From: a virus
Taxonomy: Duplodnaviria; Caudoviricetes
Virus record (IMG/VR): IMGVR_UViG_3300019887_000001
Coordinates: 1-63,248 of that record
DNA length: 63,248 bases
Reading direction: 5' to 3' (one strand)
Below, in pieces: positions 44,321-54,909 of the stretch (position 1 is its first letter; each line of letters starts with the position of its first letter). A program made the position numbers and the translations under genes. The notes beneath the pieces are model-generated. The model was not told the origin of the DNA and searched no databases. It saw only the letters and a list, made by a program, of their open reading frames with translations.

Positions 44321-44486
44321 GTCTAAGTTAGGGATGACAAAGCTGGCCTGTTTCAACTGTGAACGCTGTACGTGGAACCCCGGCGCGGACTGCGGCAAGC
44401 GCGAGCACTCGCACTGCGAGAAGTGCGGACACTGCATCGGTCGTCACGTCTCCGTCGCCCTACCGCTTGATAACGATAAGAGGCAC

Positions 44487-45212
44487 TTAGCAGGCCCAGA
44501 GGTGGATATTGCCCTGCCCGAGGCGATTGGCGAGCGCGAGTTGTCCCTTGAGGTTCGCGGTCGCAAGGATCGGGATCAGGTTCGCATCTACTCCGGTCGC
44601 GCGCATCTCAGCGAACGCTGGTGTCGGCCACAGGTTCGGGCTCGGGTACGACGCCGCGGTCTGAAGCCCTCCGTAGACCTCGAGCGCGAGCGCGCCGCAC
44701 CCCGCGGCCAGATTCGGCAGGCTGTTGCGGAACGCACCCAGTCCCCATCCATTCGGCACGACCGTTGCCGACACGTTGCCGCTCAGCGCTTCCTGGTCGG
44801 GTAACGCATTCCAGAACGTCGACCACCACGCGTCGATCGCGGCAGGATCGTCGCCGAGGGTCCAGAACGAATCGGGCTCGAAGTTCGCCGAGTAGTACCC
44901 GGATGCTGCCGCGAAACCTGCCGCCAGCTCGGGACTGGACTGATCGACCGGTACGCCCCACGCGCCAAAGCCGAGTCCGGCGGCCTCAACGGCAGCCCTG
45001 ATCGGGCCAACGTCGGCCGGTGACGCGACGCACATGTCGGTCGGCAATGACTGGCGACACTGCGTCTGCGGCCACTGTCCGAAGTGCGTCGGCAGCAACA
45101 GCGACGGCGCAGCGTTGACCGAAGCGGCGAGGTTGCGCACGGTGTCGATGGCCGAGGTGAGCGACCCGAGCGCGGTGAAGGGTGTTATCCAGACTGTCAG
45201 GGACCTGTTCAT
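44487..45212 (-). CDS. Putative glycoside-hydrolase-like (TIM barrel) endolysin
   Basis: GFGAWGV, NFEP, alternating beta/alpha pattern; near holin-like gene; GGAGG-like RBS; function tentative. Confidence 0.45.
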   Translation of the reverse strand: MNRSLTVWITPFTALGSLTSAIDTVRNLAASVNAAPSLLLPTHFGQWPQTQCRQSLPTDMCVASPADVGPIRAAVEAAGLGFGAWGVPVDQSSPELAAGFAAASGYYSANFEPDSFWTLGDDPAAIDAWWSTFWNALPDQEALSGNVSATVVPNGWGLGAFRNSLPNLAAGCGALALEVYGGLQTAASYPSPNLWPTPAFAEMRATGVDANLIPILATANLKGQLALANRLGQGNIHLWAC

Positions 45213-45481
45213 GATGAGGAAATCCTCCGTAACCCCGCTTCCGGAAGGTGCTGCGCCCAGAACCGTCGCCACCAGAGCAGTCCGTTGAGCGCGCGCTGGT
45301 CCTCGACCATCATGCGGTGAGCGCTGCAGGTGGTGTTCCGATAATCCCCTTCTTCGCTGTACGTACAGTCGCAGAAACGATCGACAGCCGCCATGAGCGC
45401 GATGGTCTCGTCAGGCGTGCCGTGAAAGATGGTCTGCTCGCGTATAAAAATCACGCGGACGGAACAACCGTCCTCCCCCAC
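45209..45481 (-). CDS. Hypothetical protein
   Basis: FCDC.......TCSAH...DQRALNGLL. Confidence 0.55.
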   Translation of the reverse strand: MGEDGCSVRVIFIREQTIFHGTPDETIALMAAVDRFCDCTYSEEGDYRNTTCSAHRMMVEDQRALNGLLWWRRFWAQHLPEAGLRRISSS

Positions 45482-45651
45482 CAGTAATGCGACAGCACCG
45501 CGAGGAACGCGACGAGCGCAATAAGGCCGACAAGGGGGTCCGGCCAGCTAATGTGAAAGATGAACTGCAGCAGCCACGGCAACCCGTACCAGACGATGGC
45601 GAACGCCAAACACGCAAGCGCGATGCGGAGCAGCCACTGGATCCAGGTCAC
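45451..45651 (-). CDS. Putative holin (2 TM)
   Basis: Two TM helices; AGGAGG RBS. Confidence 0.55.
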   Translation of the reverse strand: MTWIQWLLRIALACLAFAIVWYGLPWLLQFIFHISWPDPLVGLIALVAFLAVLSHYWWGRTVVPSA

Positions 45652-45663
45652 GACAGGTCCTCC

Positions 45664-46095
45664 TTATGACGGGGCGTACGCGACCCAACCGAACGTCACG
45701 TTGGATCCCGCGTTCCCGTTGTGGAAATAGATCTCGAACCCGGTCGTGGTCACCAACCGCACGACCGCGGGGAAATCGTTCTTTGGGTCGCCGCCGATAA
45801 TCTGCTGATTCACCACGACCACCGGTGTGGACACGAACGGCGTGCCAAACGTGATCAATCCCGTGCCCTGGTCACCTCCGCCGGCGGGCGCAACGGTCTT
45901 TAGCCCGTATTCCACGTGCCCTGGGCCAGGAGGTCCGGTTGCCCCCGCAGGTCCGGTCGCTCCCGCGGCACCGGTCGCGCCCGTGGCACCAGTAGCGCCG
46001 GTCGCTCCCGTCGGGCCGGTCGGTCCCGCGGGCCCTGTTGCCCCCGTCGCGCCCGCCGCGCCGTTTGCCCCGACGTGCAGTGGTGTGTAGGTCAT
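45664..46095 (-). CDS. Collagen-like fibre protein with C-terminal lectin-like domain
   Basis: GXY repeats; [15 protein letters not shown]...TTTGF.I....W.A. Confidence 0.8.
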   Translation of the reverse strand: MTYTPLHVGANGAAGATGATGPAGPTGPTGATGATGATGATGAAGATGPAGATGPPGPGHVEYGLKTVAPAGGGDQGTGLITFGTPFVSTPVVVVNQQIIGGDPKNDFPAVVRLVTTTGFEIYFHNGNAGSNVTFGWVAYAPS

Positions 46096-46111
46096 ACCGC
46101 CCTCCGAATGG

Positions 46112-46687
46112 TCAGTAGAACGCGTCTCGCCCTACTGTCTTGGCGAATGCGAGGACAGCGGCATGAGCCTGCTCCTCCGTATCGAACGTGCCAAGGTAAT
46201 AGCGTTGCTCGTCCACCTCGAGCCGGCCCATCCATCGCTTGTGGTTCGGGTGCACTCCACGAAACCGCGAGCGTGTGCCCGTCCGTTTGGAACTGTTGAG
46301 TTGATTGATTCCGGTTCCGTCGCGGAGATTTGAGCGACGGCAGTTGTGTGGATCAAGATCGATATGATCAACAGTCTTGACCCCCGGCATCAGCATGCGA
46401 TGTAGATACTCGTCCCGACCCTTGAGTCGCGTTCGTGCGTAGCCATCGCTGTTGTTTTGCCAGAGATGTTTCGCTAGGGACGGAAAGTCGGCGAGATCCA
46501 CAATCCAACGCACGCCATGCGGGTCGCTGAGAACTCCTACTTCGCCCTCTATGAAGTTCCGCGCACGGAGACGCTCGAAGAATGGGACCTGTCCCCTGGC
46601 TGTCGCGTAGTAGCAACGCGCGCACATTCCGCGACAATAGGCCGCTCGTTCTCTGCATCGAGCACACATCATGTCTGCCTGCCGCAT
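46112..46687 (-). CDS. HNH-AP2 homing endonuclease
   Basis: YLHRML...[14 protein letters not shown]; SRFRGV...W....[11 protein letters not shown]. Confidence 0.9.
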   Translation of the reverse strand: MRQADMMCARCRERAAYCRGMCARCYYATARGQVPFFERLRARNFIEGEVGVLSDPHGVRWIVDLADFPSLAKHLWQNNSDGYARTRLKGRDEYLHRMLMPGVKTVDHIDLDPHNCRRSNLRDGTGINQLNSSKRTGTRSRFRGVHPNHKRWMGRLEVDEQRYYLGTFDTEEQAHAAVLAFAKTVGRDAFY

Positions 46688-46715
46688 ACAGGAACATCAT
46701 ACTGCTCTCCATTAC

Positions 46716-47369
46716 TCAGCAGGCACGCCAATTAGCTCCATCTGCCTTGTAGGTCATCGCGTCGCCAGGCAACACGACGCCATCCATGACAAGTCCGGTG
46801 CTGAGATTGACCGAGCCGCCGATCACTCCGCCCGAGGTCGAGTTGACCGTCGTCGTGCCGATGACCGCGCCGACCGTAATCGGCCGATTGGTCGTCGTCG
46901 CGTCTGGCAGGGTGACGACCACGCCGGCGTTGCACCACACGAACATGATCCCCGGCCCGACCACGTAGTTGATTGCCGTCGCGACCCAGGCCGCGGCGTA
47001 AAGCTGCTCGAGCGTGACGGTGCCGGTGCCCGCGTAACCGCCGACTCCGTGGACGTGGTTGCCCTCCGCGGCGATGCCTGCGCCGGATCCGATGTCGACG
47101 ATCGGCGTCTGAGCTGCCCCGCCCGCGCGCGACACTTTGGCGCCGGTGTGGTCGACCGAAAACAGCGGCGTGACTCCGTCTGGTGCGTAAATGATGACGC
47201 CGCGACCTGACGGGTCGGTGTTTTTGATCGTGTACGCATACGCGATCGGGTCACTGACGGTTGTCGCCAGGGGCGTGTTGCGGCGCGCGGTCAGCGCGTC
47301 GATGATCTGCTGGATGTCTTGCGCGGCCGCCGGAGTCTTGCCGAAAACGACGTCGTCGAATGATGGCAT
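46716..47369 (-). CDS. Tail fibre-associated protein
   Basis: AAEGNHVH and VTLPDA...Y.ADG.NW motifs. Confidence 0.6.
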   Translation of the reverse strand: MPSFDDVVFGKTPAAAQDIQQIIDALTARRNTPLATTVSDPIAYAYTIKNTDPSGRGVIIYAPDGVTPLFSVDHTGAKVSRAGGAAQTPIVDIGSGAGIAAEGNHVHGVGGYAGTGTVTLEQLYAAAWVATAINYVVGPGIMFVWCNAGVVVTLPDATTTNRPITVGAVIGTTTVNSTSGGVIGGSVNLSTGLVMDGVVLPGDAMTYKADGANWRAC

Positions 47370-49412
47370 CTAGGACCATGACCTCCCGCTGTCCCACGGC
47401 ACGCCCGCGTCGTACCCGAATGGTGGCCCGGCTGCGACACCGAAGACCGACATCGTGACCGCGATACTCAACACGCGGCTGCCTGTTTCCACCGCTTCAA
47501 CCTCTGACGGGCCTTCGATCTTCAGCACGCGCACAATCAGCGCGCCCCCCTCCGCGACCAGGCGCACGCGGTTGCCGCTGCGCGATAACGCGGCAAGCTT
47601 GGCAACCTGATTCTCAGACCCGCGGGAACTGAGCGCCCCGGATCCGTAGCGTTCGTCCCGTCCGAGCTGCAGCACGTAGCGGCGCACCTCGCGCACATCC
47701 GGATTCGGCAGCCAGCGCACGCTGACCCGGCGGGTGATGGCCGGCGACGTCGGGGCGCTCGACAGGTCAATCCGAAACGTCGGGCGCTCGGTGATGAACG
47801 CGGCGCCAACCGGCACGAGCGCGCGCGGTCCACTGGTGAACGTGCCGAGTTGGGTGAACGAGCCCGACGTCCCTTCCTTCGCCGCGCTGACCTTGACGTT
47901 GTTGCCGCCAGTCAAATTCTCGGACATGACAAGGACTTCTTCGATGTCCTTATTCATCGCATCATCCCCGCCATCCTCCGACGGCAGGATGACGTAGCAC
48001 GAGGTCGCGAAACGGCGCGCGCGCCCCGACTTGAGATCGCCGTACGGCGTGGAGTACGCGAGCGGAGCCCAGAACGCCGACACCGTGCCGATGTTGTTCT
48101 GGCCGAACATCCACAGCCGCGGTCCGTCCGGCGCGAGTCCGGTGATGTGCATCGCGGTGACCTTGAACCCGCGCAGCACGATCGGTGCGACGTTCCACAC
48201 GAACGGCCCGAGCTCGGGACCCCTGATCGCCTCAACGCCTGCAGCTTCGCCAGGCATACGGCCGATCAGTTGACCGGAGGACGCCTCGCGCCCCCACATG
48301 ACCCAGGTGACGTTGTTGATGGGGTCGTACTGCGAATAGATCAGGTAACTGCCGCGCGACAGGAGCGCGGTGCCATACCCCGCGACCGGCGTCTCGTTGG
48401 GCAGCAGCGTCATCGGCGTAATCGGCTCGCCGATCGCGTACTGGGTGCCCGCGACCGCGACCCGATACAGGTCGTAGCCGGCGGAGCAATACGCCGTGCC
48501 GCTTTTGGTGAGCGCTGCCAGACCACCGGTCGGGAGTGGCCCCATCTCCGCCTCGGGTAACAGATTCGGAGCGAGGCCAGACGAGTCGAGGTCCCGCAAC
48601 CCGTCGGTACACGCGATATATAAGTGGTCGCGACTCGTCGCGAAACGCGTGATCGGCGCACCGACGTCGATCGCCGGACTGCCGAACCCCGGCGTCCACG
48701 AGGTGTCATTGCGCGGGTTCGTCTCGCAGTAGCGGATCCCGCGCGCCCCGAATTGAGCGATCAGGCGCTCGGTCGTGATGATCGACGGCGACACTCCGGT
48801 CGTCCAGAACACGGTCGCGAGCGCGCCCGTCGGAGGCACGGGGTTGGAGCCGAGCAGCACCGACGTCCAGGCGCCTCCGTCCGGGCGCTCGAGCAGACTG
48901 GTGACCGACAGATTGTTGTGCGAGAGGAACAGGCTCGTGCCGAACCGCTTCAGCGCGTAGCCCACTCCACCGACACCCAGGTCGGCGTCTTGCGACGGTG
49001 GTGGCGCGAGCTCCTGTCCCGCGCTCAGGCAAAATACGTAGCGACCGGCAGCGACGTAAACGTTCCCGTCGGCTTCGGCAACGCCGTCCGGACGAGGCGC
49101 AACCGTCGCTCCAGTCAGCGCGACCGCGGTCACCTCCGGGCCCGGCATGAGCAACCCCGGGTCGACGGTCCAGACGTTCTCGCCGTAGGCCACCATGCCG
49201 TTGACGCTGACGGTTCTCGAAGCGCCCGCGCCGCGGTGAAAGGTCGTGTACTCGATCGGGTCGAGCGTCGCGTCCCCGACTGGCGACATGTTCGCCAGCT
49301 TGATCTTCGGTACGTACTGGACTGACGATTGCCTCTCGCCCAGCGTGCCGCGCGCGGCGGGATAGCTGTCGCCATCGAGCGTCAGGTCAATCGCGAATTC
49401 AACCGCAGCCAT
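47370..49412 (-). CDS. Tail nozzle/tubular protein B-like
   Basis: 680 aa beta-rich; follows adaptor gene as in podoviruses (synteny). Confidence 0.6.
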   Translation of the reverse strand: MAAVEFAIDLTLDGDSYPAARGTLGERQSSVQYVPKIKLANMSPVGDATLDPIEYTTFHRGAGASRTVSVNGMVAYGENVWTVDPGLLMPGPEVTAVALTGATVAPRPDGVAEADGNVYVAAGRYVFCLSAGQELAPPPSQDADLGVGGVGYALKRFGTSLFLSHNNLSVTSLLERPDGGAWTSVLLGSNPVPPTGALATVFWTTGVSPSIITTERLIAQFGARGIRYCETNPRNDTSWTPGFGSPAIDVGAPITRFATSRDHLYIACTDGLRDLDSSGLAPNLLPEAEMGPLPTGGLAALTKSGTAYCSAGYDLYRVAVAGTQYAIGEPITPMTLLPNETPVAGYGTALLSRGSYLIYSQYDPINNVTWVMWGREASSGQLIGRMPGEAAGVEAIRGPELGPFVWNVAPIVLRGFKVTAMHITGLAPDGPRLWMFGQNNIGTVSAFWAPLAYSTPYGDLKSGRARRFATSCYVILPSEDGGDDAMNKDIEEVLVMSENLTGGNNVKVSAAKEGTSGSFTQLGTFTSGPRALVPVGAAFITERPTFRIDLSSAPTSPAITRRVSVRWLPNPDVREVRRYVLQLGRDERYGSGALSSRGSENQVAKLAALSRSGNRVRLVAEGGALIVRVLKIEGPSEVEAVETGSRVLSIAVTMSVFGVAAGPPFGYDAGVPWDSGRSWS

Positions 49413-50609
49413 CTATTTCAGATACGACCACCAGTTGGTGTCGAAAACCGTCGCCGGATGGTTTGAGCGCTCGCGCGGGTGCGGCAGCCCGCGAAACTTG
49501 GCCAGGTTCGCCTTGGTGCGCTGGTTCTCGGCGAGCTTCAGATAACGCGCCGCGGCGGCACCGGTCGTCGTCTGCGACAGCGCGTCCCAGCAATGGCAGA
49601 GCGCGACCTCGACGAGAAACGCCGGCTGAAAGAGGTGCTCGTCGGTGTCGTTCTGCATGCCCTGTTGCTGGTCGGTCCAGACCCCGTCGATCTTGATCAG
49701 CGTGTCGCCCGGGCGCGTCATCTCAACCGACATCGCCGCACCTGTTGAGATCCCCGGCGGCACGTCGAGGTCGACGACCGAGCCCTGGCGCCGCACGCTG
49801 AAGCCGCCCCACGGCATGACCGCGAGTCCCGTTGAGAGCACCGGCCCGTAGTACTCGCTGACCGCTTCAGGGTCGAGCCAGTCGCCAATGGCCGACAGGT
49901 CGTAGGTCGCTTGATTCGCGACGCCTGGCACGGCCGTGCGGTCGAGCACCCAGCATTCGGCGAGCGCGAGGTTGATAGCCTGCCGCAGGCCGAGCATGCC
50001 CCCCAGCTCCTCAGGAGGAAGAAGCTTGGTCAGCTCGACCTGCGTGCCCGCGACGATCTGACTGACGAACGGGGGGGCGATCGTCAGCGTGCCATCGGAC
50101 GGATTGAGCGCCGTTTCGCCGATTGTCCGAATGGCGCCGGCACTCACGCCGTCGGTTGGCATGACCCACCAGCCGCGATATCGGTTGGCGTCGAGCTGGT
50201 TCGCCAGGTTGGCCGAGATCAGCGACGTGCCGCCGATCGTGCCGTCGGCCGAGGTCGTCGCGACCTGGAGCCCGCCGAGGCGCCGCGCGAGCATACGGCG
50301 AGTCGCCTTCAACGACCGCCGAGCGCCTTCGCCGGTGGTTGAAGGGTCGGGAATGACGGGCCAGGCGGGCGAGAATGGTCCGAGTAGGCCGAGCGGTCCG
50401 TAACGCGCGATGCGATACCAGTCCGAGTTGGCACCGGCTGGGTCGAAGTACGTGTAGGACGTTTGGTGCAGCACGTACGGGATCAGCGAAACGAGCGAGA
50501 ACGCGCCTAGGTTGGTCGCGTTTGGGCCCTTCTCGAGACGGATCCCGGTCCACGTGCCGATCAGCGTGTCAACAACCGCCTCCGTAAGTTGGATCGTGTT
50601 GCCTGCCAC
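49413..50609 (-). CDS. Head-tail adaptor/tubular protein A-like
   Basis: TAGTG-coupled GTG at 50609; LRQAINLAL...YDL segment; synteny. Confidence 0.58.
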   Translation of the reverse strand: MAGNTIQLTEAVVDTLIGTWTGIRLEKGPNATNLGAFSLVSLIPYVLHQTSYTYFDPAGANSDWYRIARYGPLGLLGPFSPAWPVIPDPSTTGEGARRSLKATRRMLARRLGGLQVATTSADGTIGGTSLISANLANQLDANRYRGWWVMPTDGVSAGAIRTIGETALNPSDGTLTIAPPFVSQIVAGTQVELTKLLPPEELGGMLGLRQAINLALAECWVLDRTAVPGVANQATYDLSAIGDWLDPEAVSEYYGPVLSTGLAVMPWGGFSVRRQGSVVDLDVPPGISTGAAMSVEMTRPGDTLIKIDGVWTDQQQGMQNDTDEHLFQPAFLVEVALCHCWDALSQTTTGAAAARYLKLAENQRTKANLAKFRGLPHPRERSNHPATVFDTNWWSYLK

Positions 50610-50788
50610 TACACGGTCTCTTGTTCTGAAAACGGTGATGTATCGACGGCAGGTAAGTCGGCGTCCCCGCGCCGAAGCGTCTCGAGTTGCTGCCGGAGCA
50701 GCGCGATCTCTTCGTTTGCGAGATGCAACTCGGCGACCTTGCTGCCGAGCACCTCGAGGAGCTTTTCGGGCGTGATCGTCCGCGCCAC
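50609..50788 (-). CDS. Small coiled-coil protein (fibre chaperone-like, 59 aa)
   Basis: LLEVLGSKVAELHLANEEIALLRQQL; TAGTG-coupled both sides; below ORF-track cutoff. Confidence 0.6.
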   Translation of the reverse strand: MARTITPEKLLEVLGSKVAELHLANEEIALLRQQLETLRRGDADLPAVDTSPFSEQETV

Positions 50789-51654
50789 TAGCTCGCCGGT
50801 CCGATCGCGGACTTGTGCAGGTTGCCGCTGGAATCGATGACAACGTAGTGGTCGCTGGCGGCGAAGGCGCCTAACCCGCTGAACCTGATGGCGCCAGTCG
50901 CGCGAAGCGAGAGGTTGTCGGTGGCCCCGCCGGAGGGGGTGGCGATGTCGATGCCGTAGTTGCTCGTGTCACCAGCGGTGATCGCGTCGATGTTGATGCC
51001 GCGGGCGATGGTGATCGTGGAGCCGGCACCCTTGGTTGGGTTCAGGAGTCGGAGGTCTGTGACGCTTCCTACGGTGTAGGCCGACGCGTTGGATTGAGCC
51101 CGCACCGTGATACCTTCCGCTGCACCCGTCGCGGCTGCCGACGGCGTCGCATCGACCAGGATGCCGTACTGGGTTGTGCTCGATGCCAGGATGGCGCCAT
51201 TGACGTAGATGCCTTTGTCGACCGCTGCCGCCGCACCGACGCCGAGATTGCCTGCAGTCACTCGCAGACCACTCGCGGTGACGGTGAGGCCGGCTCGGAC
51301 GGTGACGAGCCCCGCGTTGGTGATGAGTAGGTTGTCCGCAGTGTCGGCGTTGTTGCGGTGTGAGAATGAAGTCGCGCCAGGAATAAGTTTGCCGACCGCG
51401 GTTGAGACGGTAATCAGCGTCGTGCTCAACCCGCCGGCGCCACTAGCGATGAGCGTCTTGGCGGTGTTGTCCCAGGTCAGCCCGCTGTCCTGAATGACTT
51501 GAGCGGTCGTATTGCCGACGACGAGCTGGTTGACCGCGAGCGACAGCGGGATCTGGACCTGCAGCGCGTTGACCGCGGTCGCGAGGTCGTCGTGGTGCTG
51601 CGCGTGAACGCCTGATTCGCTATCAGAGCCGGCGAACGTAGTGGTGAGAGGCAT
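50788..51654 (-). CDS. Fibre/spike virion protein
   Basis: HHDDLATAVNALQ, SGLTWDN, GNLGVG motifs. Confidence 0.65.
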   Translation of the reverse strand: MPLTTTFAGSDSESGVHAQHHDDLATAVNALQVQIPLSLAVNQLVVGNTTAQVIQDSGLTWDNTAKTLIASGAGGLSTTLITVSTAVGKLIPGATSFSHRNNADTADNLLITNAGLVTVRAGLTVTASGLRVTAGNLGVGAAAAVDKGIYVNGAILASSTTQYGILVDATPSAAATGAAEGITVRAQSNASAYTVGSVTDLRLLNPTKGAGSTITIARGINIDAITAGDTSNYGIDIATPSGGATDNLSLRATGAIRFSGLGAFAASDHYVVIDSSGNLHKSAIGPAS

Positions 51655-52607
51655 TAGCGACCCGCTCCGATCAGCATGAAAGTCTCCTGTCCAGCTTCGG
51701 CGTTGCCGACCGTTGGCGGCTGGACCTCGAGAACGAAGAGTGACGGCAGCGGCGGCGGCGGAGCCTCGAGTAGAACACCGGCCACTATCGGCAAGGCGAG
51801 GATGACAGCTGCCGTCATCGTGATCGAGAGCGGCGTGAACAGCACACCGGTGACCTGGAGCCCTTGCAGGATGATGGGCGGCGCGCCGCTGCCGTCGAAC
51901 GAACCACCGTCGAACGTCCCGCCGTCGAACGTCTGCGGGAAAAGGATTACGCCGATAATGAAACGCTCAACGAGTACGCCAGCTTCGACGAGTGGCGTCA
52001 GGACGACAGTCCCGGCAAACATGATCGTGCCAGCCGAGGTCAGCGACCCGGTGACGACGACCGTGTTCAGCACGACCGCACCTGGCGCGTCGAACGCCTC
52101 GGCCAGCGTGCCTCCGGCAACGACGGGCGTCAGCACGACCGCGCCCGGGGCGTCGAACGTTTCGGCGAGCGTGCCTGCAACCGACAAACCGTTCAGAACG
52201 ATGGCGCCGGTAAGCGTTCCGCTGGATATCGTCAGCGCGCCGCTCTCGATGAGTGTGCTCAGAACGATGGCTCCGGTTGCACTGAACGTCTCGACGAGCG
52301 TTCCGCTGACCGACAACCCGGGCAGAATGATGTCGCCAATGAGCGACCCGCTGGACATCGCCAGCGCGCCGCTTTCGACGATCGTGGTCAGAACAATGGC
52401 ACCGCTCGCGGTGAACGTTTCGGCGAGCGTGCCGCTCACGGCGAGCGGCGTCAGGACAATAACGCCCGTGGCGTCGAACGTTTCGACCAGGGTGCCGCCG
52501 ACGACGACGGAGCTAAGGATGACCGGGGGGAGCCCGCCCCCGCCGAACAGCCCGCCATCGAACGTGCCGCCATCGAATGACGTCGCGCCGATGACGAAGC
52601 CGGCCAT
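51654..52607 (-). CDS. Beta-repeat virion protein (~20-aa repeats)
   Basis: About 9 repeats of GTLxETFxAxGAIVL; FDGG repeats at both ends. Confidence 0.65.
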   Translation of the reverse strand: MAGFVIGATSFDGGTFDGGLFGGGGLPPVILSSVVVGGTLVETFDATGVIVLTPLAVSGTLAETFTASGAIVLTTIVESGALAMSSGSLIGDIILPGLSVSGTLVETFSATGAIVLSTLIESGALTISSGTLTGAIVLNGLSVAGTLAETFDAPGAVVLTPVVAGGTLAEAFDAPGAVVLNTVVVTGSLTSAGTIMFAGTVVLTPLVEAGVLVERFIIGVILFPQTFDGGTFDGGSFDGSGAPPIILQGLQVTGVLFTPLSITMTAAVILALPIVAGVLLEAPPPPLPSLFVLEVQPPTVGNAEAGQETFMLIGAGR

Positions 52608-52613
52608 GAGTCC

Positions 52614-53033
52614 TTAGGCCGCGAGCGCCAGAGTCAGACTGCTCGCCGACACCGCCGCGCCCGCGGAGATCGCGGTCGAGTTGATGATCAGATCCGTACT
52701 CGCCGTGCCAACGGTCCCGTCGAGCATCGGCGTGGTCCCGAGTGAGTCCCAGATGCGGAACCAGGCCGCGGTACCGGTTGCTGCCGCGCTCGCCGCCGCG
52801 GTGATCGCGTTCGCGGTGATGATGTAGGACGTGCTCGCGACCGCGGCCGGCCCGTTGAACGAGGTCGCGTTCATCGTCAGTTCGGCGAGCATGACCTGGG
52901 CACCGATCGCGGTATCCGCGTCCGTTGGTTGCGCGCCGCTATAGATACGGAGCTTGCCAGAGTTGCACGCCGTCGTAATCGTGTCGAGCATCGCCTTGCG
53001 GCGGGCCGCGCTGACTTTTGGGTTGAGCGCCAT
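52614..53033 (-). CDS. Virion structural protein (decoration/fibre base)
   Basis: GKLRIYSGAQP..AD, TGTAAWFRI, DGTVG....DL..NST. Confidence 0.7.
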   Translation of the reverse strand: MALNPKVSAARRKAMLDTITTACNSGKLRIYSGAQPTDADTAIGAQVMLAELTMNATSFNGPAAVASTSYIITANAITAAASAAATGTAAWFRIWDSLGTTPMLDGTVGTASTDLIINSTAISAGAAVSASSLTLALAA

Positions 53034-53086
53034 AGAGCGTGTCCTCCGCGGACGATGGGGGTCCGCGATGGACCCCCGCTAAACAG

Positions 53087-53581
53087 TCAGCCGCCGAGGA
53101 CCTGCTCGATGGTGTCGCCAGTGGTCAATCCCTCGGGCAGATTTCTGAGGTTGGCGTAAAGACGGCCCTCACCGATCTTGTGCCCGTCCAGACCACGAAC
53201 CTTCTCGCCAGACTGCAGGTCGAGCAGCAGCATGTGCCCATGGACAACATCGCCCTCGCCGAGCAGTCCCCACTCGGATACCGGTCGCCCGACCATGCCC
53301 GCGATCTTCCGACCAATCGGACTCAGCAGAGCCGCGCGGTCCTTACTCAGCGGCGCGCGGACCGACTCCGCAATAGACGGAGGCTCGAGCACGCTCTTGA
53401 TGTTGCCGCCGGCGACCTCGCCCTCGGGCGTCGCGTGCGACATGCCGTGCGCGCCGGCGTCGCCGCCGGGTGCGGTCGCGGCCGCTTCCTTGCCGTCGAT
53501 GACGACGACGCGTGTTTCGCCTGGCTTCGCTGCTTCTGTTGTGGTTGCGAGCCCCGTTTCGGGCGCAGTTGATTCAGTCAT
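53087..53581 (-). CDS. Hypothetical head-region protein
   Basis: AAGGA RBS; in late operon. Confidence 0.6.
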   Translation of the reverse strand: MTESTAPETGLATTTEAAKPGETRVVVIDGKEAAATAPGGDAGAHGMSHATPEGEVAGGNIKSVLEPPSIAESVRAPLSKDRAALLSPIGRKIAGMVGRPVSEWGLLGEGDVVHGHMLLLDLQSGEKVRGLDGHKIGEGRLYANLRNLPEGLTTGDTIEQVLGG

Positions 53582-53594
53582 GACATCTGGTCCT

Positions 53595-54311
53595 TCACTG
53601 TCCGTTGTGGTCGTAGCGAACGCCGAGCTCTTGCGGCCGCGGCGGGAGTCCGTCCGGAATGAGACGACCCTCGCCGGCTCGCCCCGGGCTTCCGACGGTG
53701 ACCGACTGGCTGCCGGCGAGGAACTGACTGCGCTGCGGATCTGGGATCAGTGGCAGTCCCTGCGGGGCGCCGCTCATCGGCCGTCGCCGCTGGGTGTACT
53801 CGACCAGGCGCGCGACCGAAGACGGCACGTTGGCGATCTCGCCGACGCTGATCGGGTACTCAAGCCCGTTGATCCGCATCACGCGCGGCGGGTACAGCCC
53901 GGTGACCGCGTGGATCTTGTCCTCGTCCTGGTCGGGATTCAGGAACACCGGCTCGCGTGGCTCCGTCTTCCACGACTCGAGCGTCATCTCGCGCTGCTTG
54001 CGATCGTTCGCCAACTCGGCCTGGGTGTCGGCGTTCGTCTTCTTGCCGCCGTTGGTGGCGCCAGACAGGTTGCCGCTGACCAGCTCGATGATCTGCGCCT
54101 GCATGCCGGCCATCTGGGCCTGCATCTGGCTCATAAGTTGGAACATGTCGGCCTGGGTGATCTCGCCGACGTTCGGAGAGGCTTTCAGGATCGGCGCGAG
54201 CTTCGCCGCAGCTTCTTCGGGATCGCGGTCGATGACCGCGGTCGCCTCTTCGGTTCGATCTTTCTGACGCAGCAACGCGGACGCCGCGGTGCCGTTATTG
54301 GGTTGTGGCAT
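53595..54311 (-). CDS. Capsid-associated protein
   Basis: AGGAGG RBS before ATG 54311; RINGLEY.I..GE...VP.SVA. Confidence 0.65.
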   Translation of the reverse strand: MPQPNNGTAASALLRQKDRTEEATAVIDRDPEEAAAKLAPILKASPNVGEITQADMFQLMSQMQAQMAGMQAQIIELVSGNLSGATNGGKKTNADTQAELANDRKQREMTLESWKTEPREPVFLNPDQDEDKIHAVTGLYPPRVMRINGLEYPISVGEIANVPSSVARLVEYTQRRRPMSGAPQGLPLIPDPQRSQFLAGSQSVTVGSPGRAGEGRLIPDGLPPRPQELGVRYDHNGQ

Positions 54312-54356
54312 AGGGCTATTCCACCTCCTGTGGAGTCCGTACAATTGGCAACACTT

Positions 54357-54388
54357 GGCCCCCGCGATGTTGGAAGCATCCGGGGGCC
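54357..54388. terminator. GC-rich hairpin downstream of MCP
   Basis: GGCCCCC-G(C)GATG-loop-CATCC-GGGGGCC; no clear U-tract. Confidence 0.35.
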
Positions 54389-54414
54389 TGGACACCGAAG
54401 GGAGTAAAGCTTCG

Positions 54415-54888
54415 ATGCCAAGCGGAGTTTACGCGCGGTTGCCGCTCGCGGAGCGGTTCTGGATGAAGGTCATCTGCGATTTGGCCACTGGGTGCTGGTT
54501 TTGGACCGCGAGCCTGTTGCCCTCCGGCTACGGCAGTTTCGGCATACATGGCGAAACCTTTACGGCTCCCCACGTCTCGTGGTTTCTGCACTACGGCGAC
54601 TGGCCGACTCGATGGGTACTTCACCACTGCGATGTGCGGCGCTGCGTTCGGCCTGACCATCTCTTTCTGGGAGATCATCTGGCCAACATGGATGACATGG
54701 TCAAGAAGGGCCGCTCTCGTCGTGGCGAGCGAACCAATCTGGCGAAACTGACCGACCAGCAGGTAATTGCGATGCGTGCAGCCTTCCGAGCCGGCATGAG
54801 CCGGATGGCACTCGCCGCCGAGTACGGACTGGATCATTCGACCGTCGCGTACATTATTCGCCGTAAAACATGGGCGCATTTGCCATAA
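54415..54888 (+). CDS. HNH homing endonuclease with C-terminal HTH
   Basis: RFWMKV...GCWFWT, VLHHCDVRRCVRPDHLFLG...NMDDM..KGR. Confidence 0.9.
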   Translation: MPSGVYARLPLAERFWMKVICDLATGCWFWTASLLPSGYGSFGIHGETFTAPHVSWFLHYGDWPTRWVLHHCDVRRCVRPDHLFLGDHLANMDDMVKKGRSRRGERTNLAKLTDQQVIAMRAAFRAGMSRMALAAEYGLDHSTVAYIIRRKTWAHLP

Positions 54889-54909
54889 ATACCACGCCGA
54901 TATGGCTAA

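Noticed and set aside
44334-44804. 156-aa Cys-rich plus-strand gene
   Set aside because: Only the first ~40 aa look like a Zn-binding peptide; the rest overlaps the minus-strand gene, so extent and reality are uncertain
51864-52560. Non-coding tandem repeat
   Set aside because: The ~60-nt periodicity is explained by the 20-aa repeats of CDS 51654-52607
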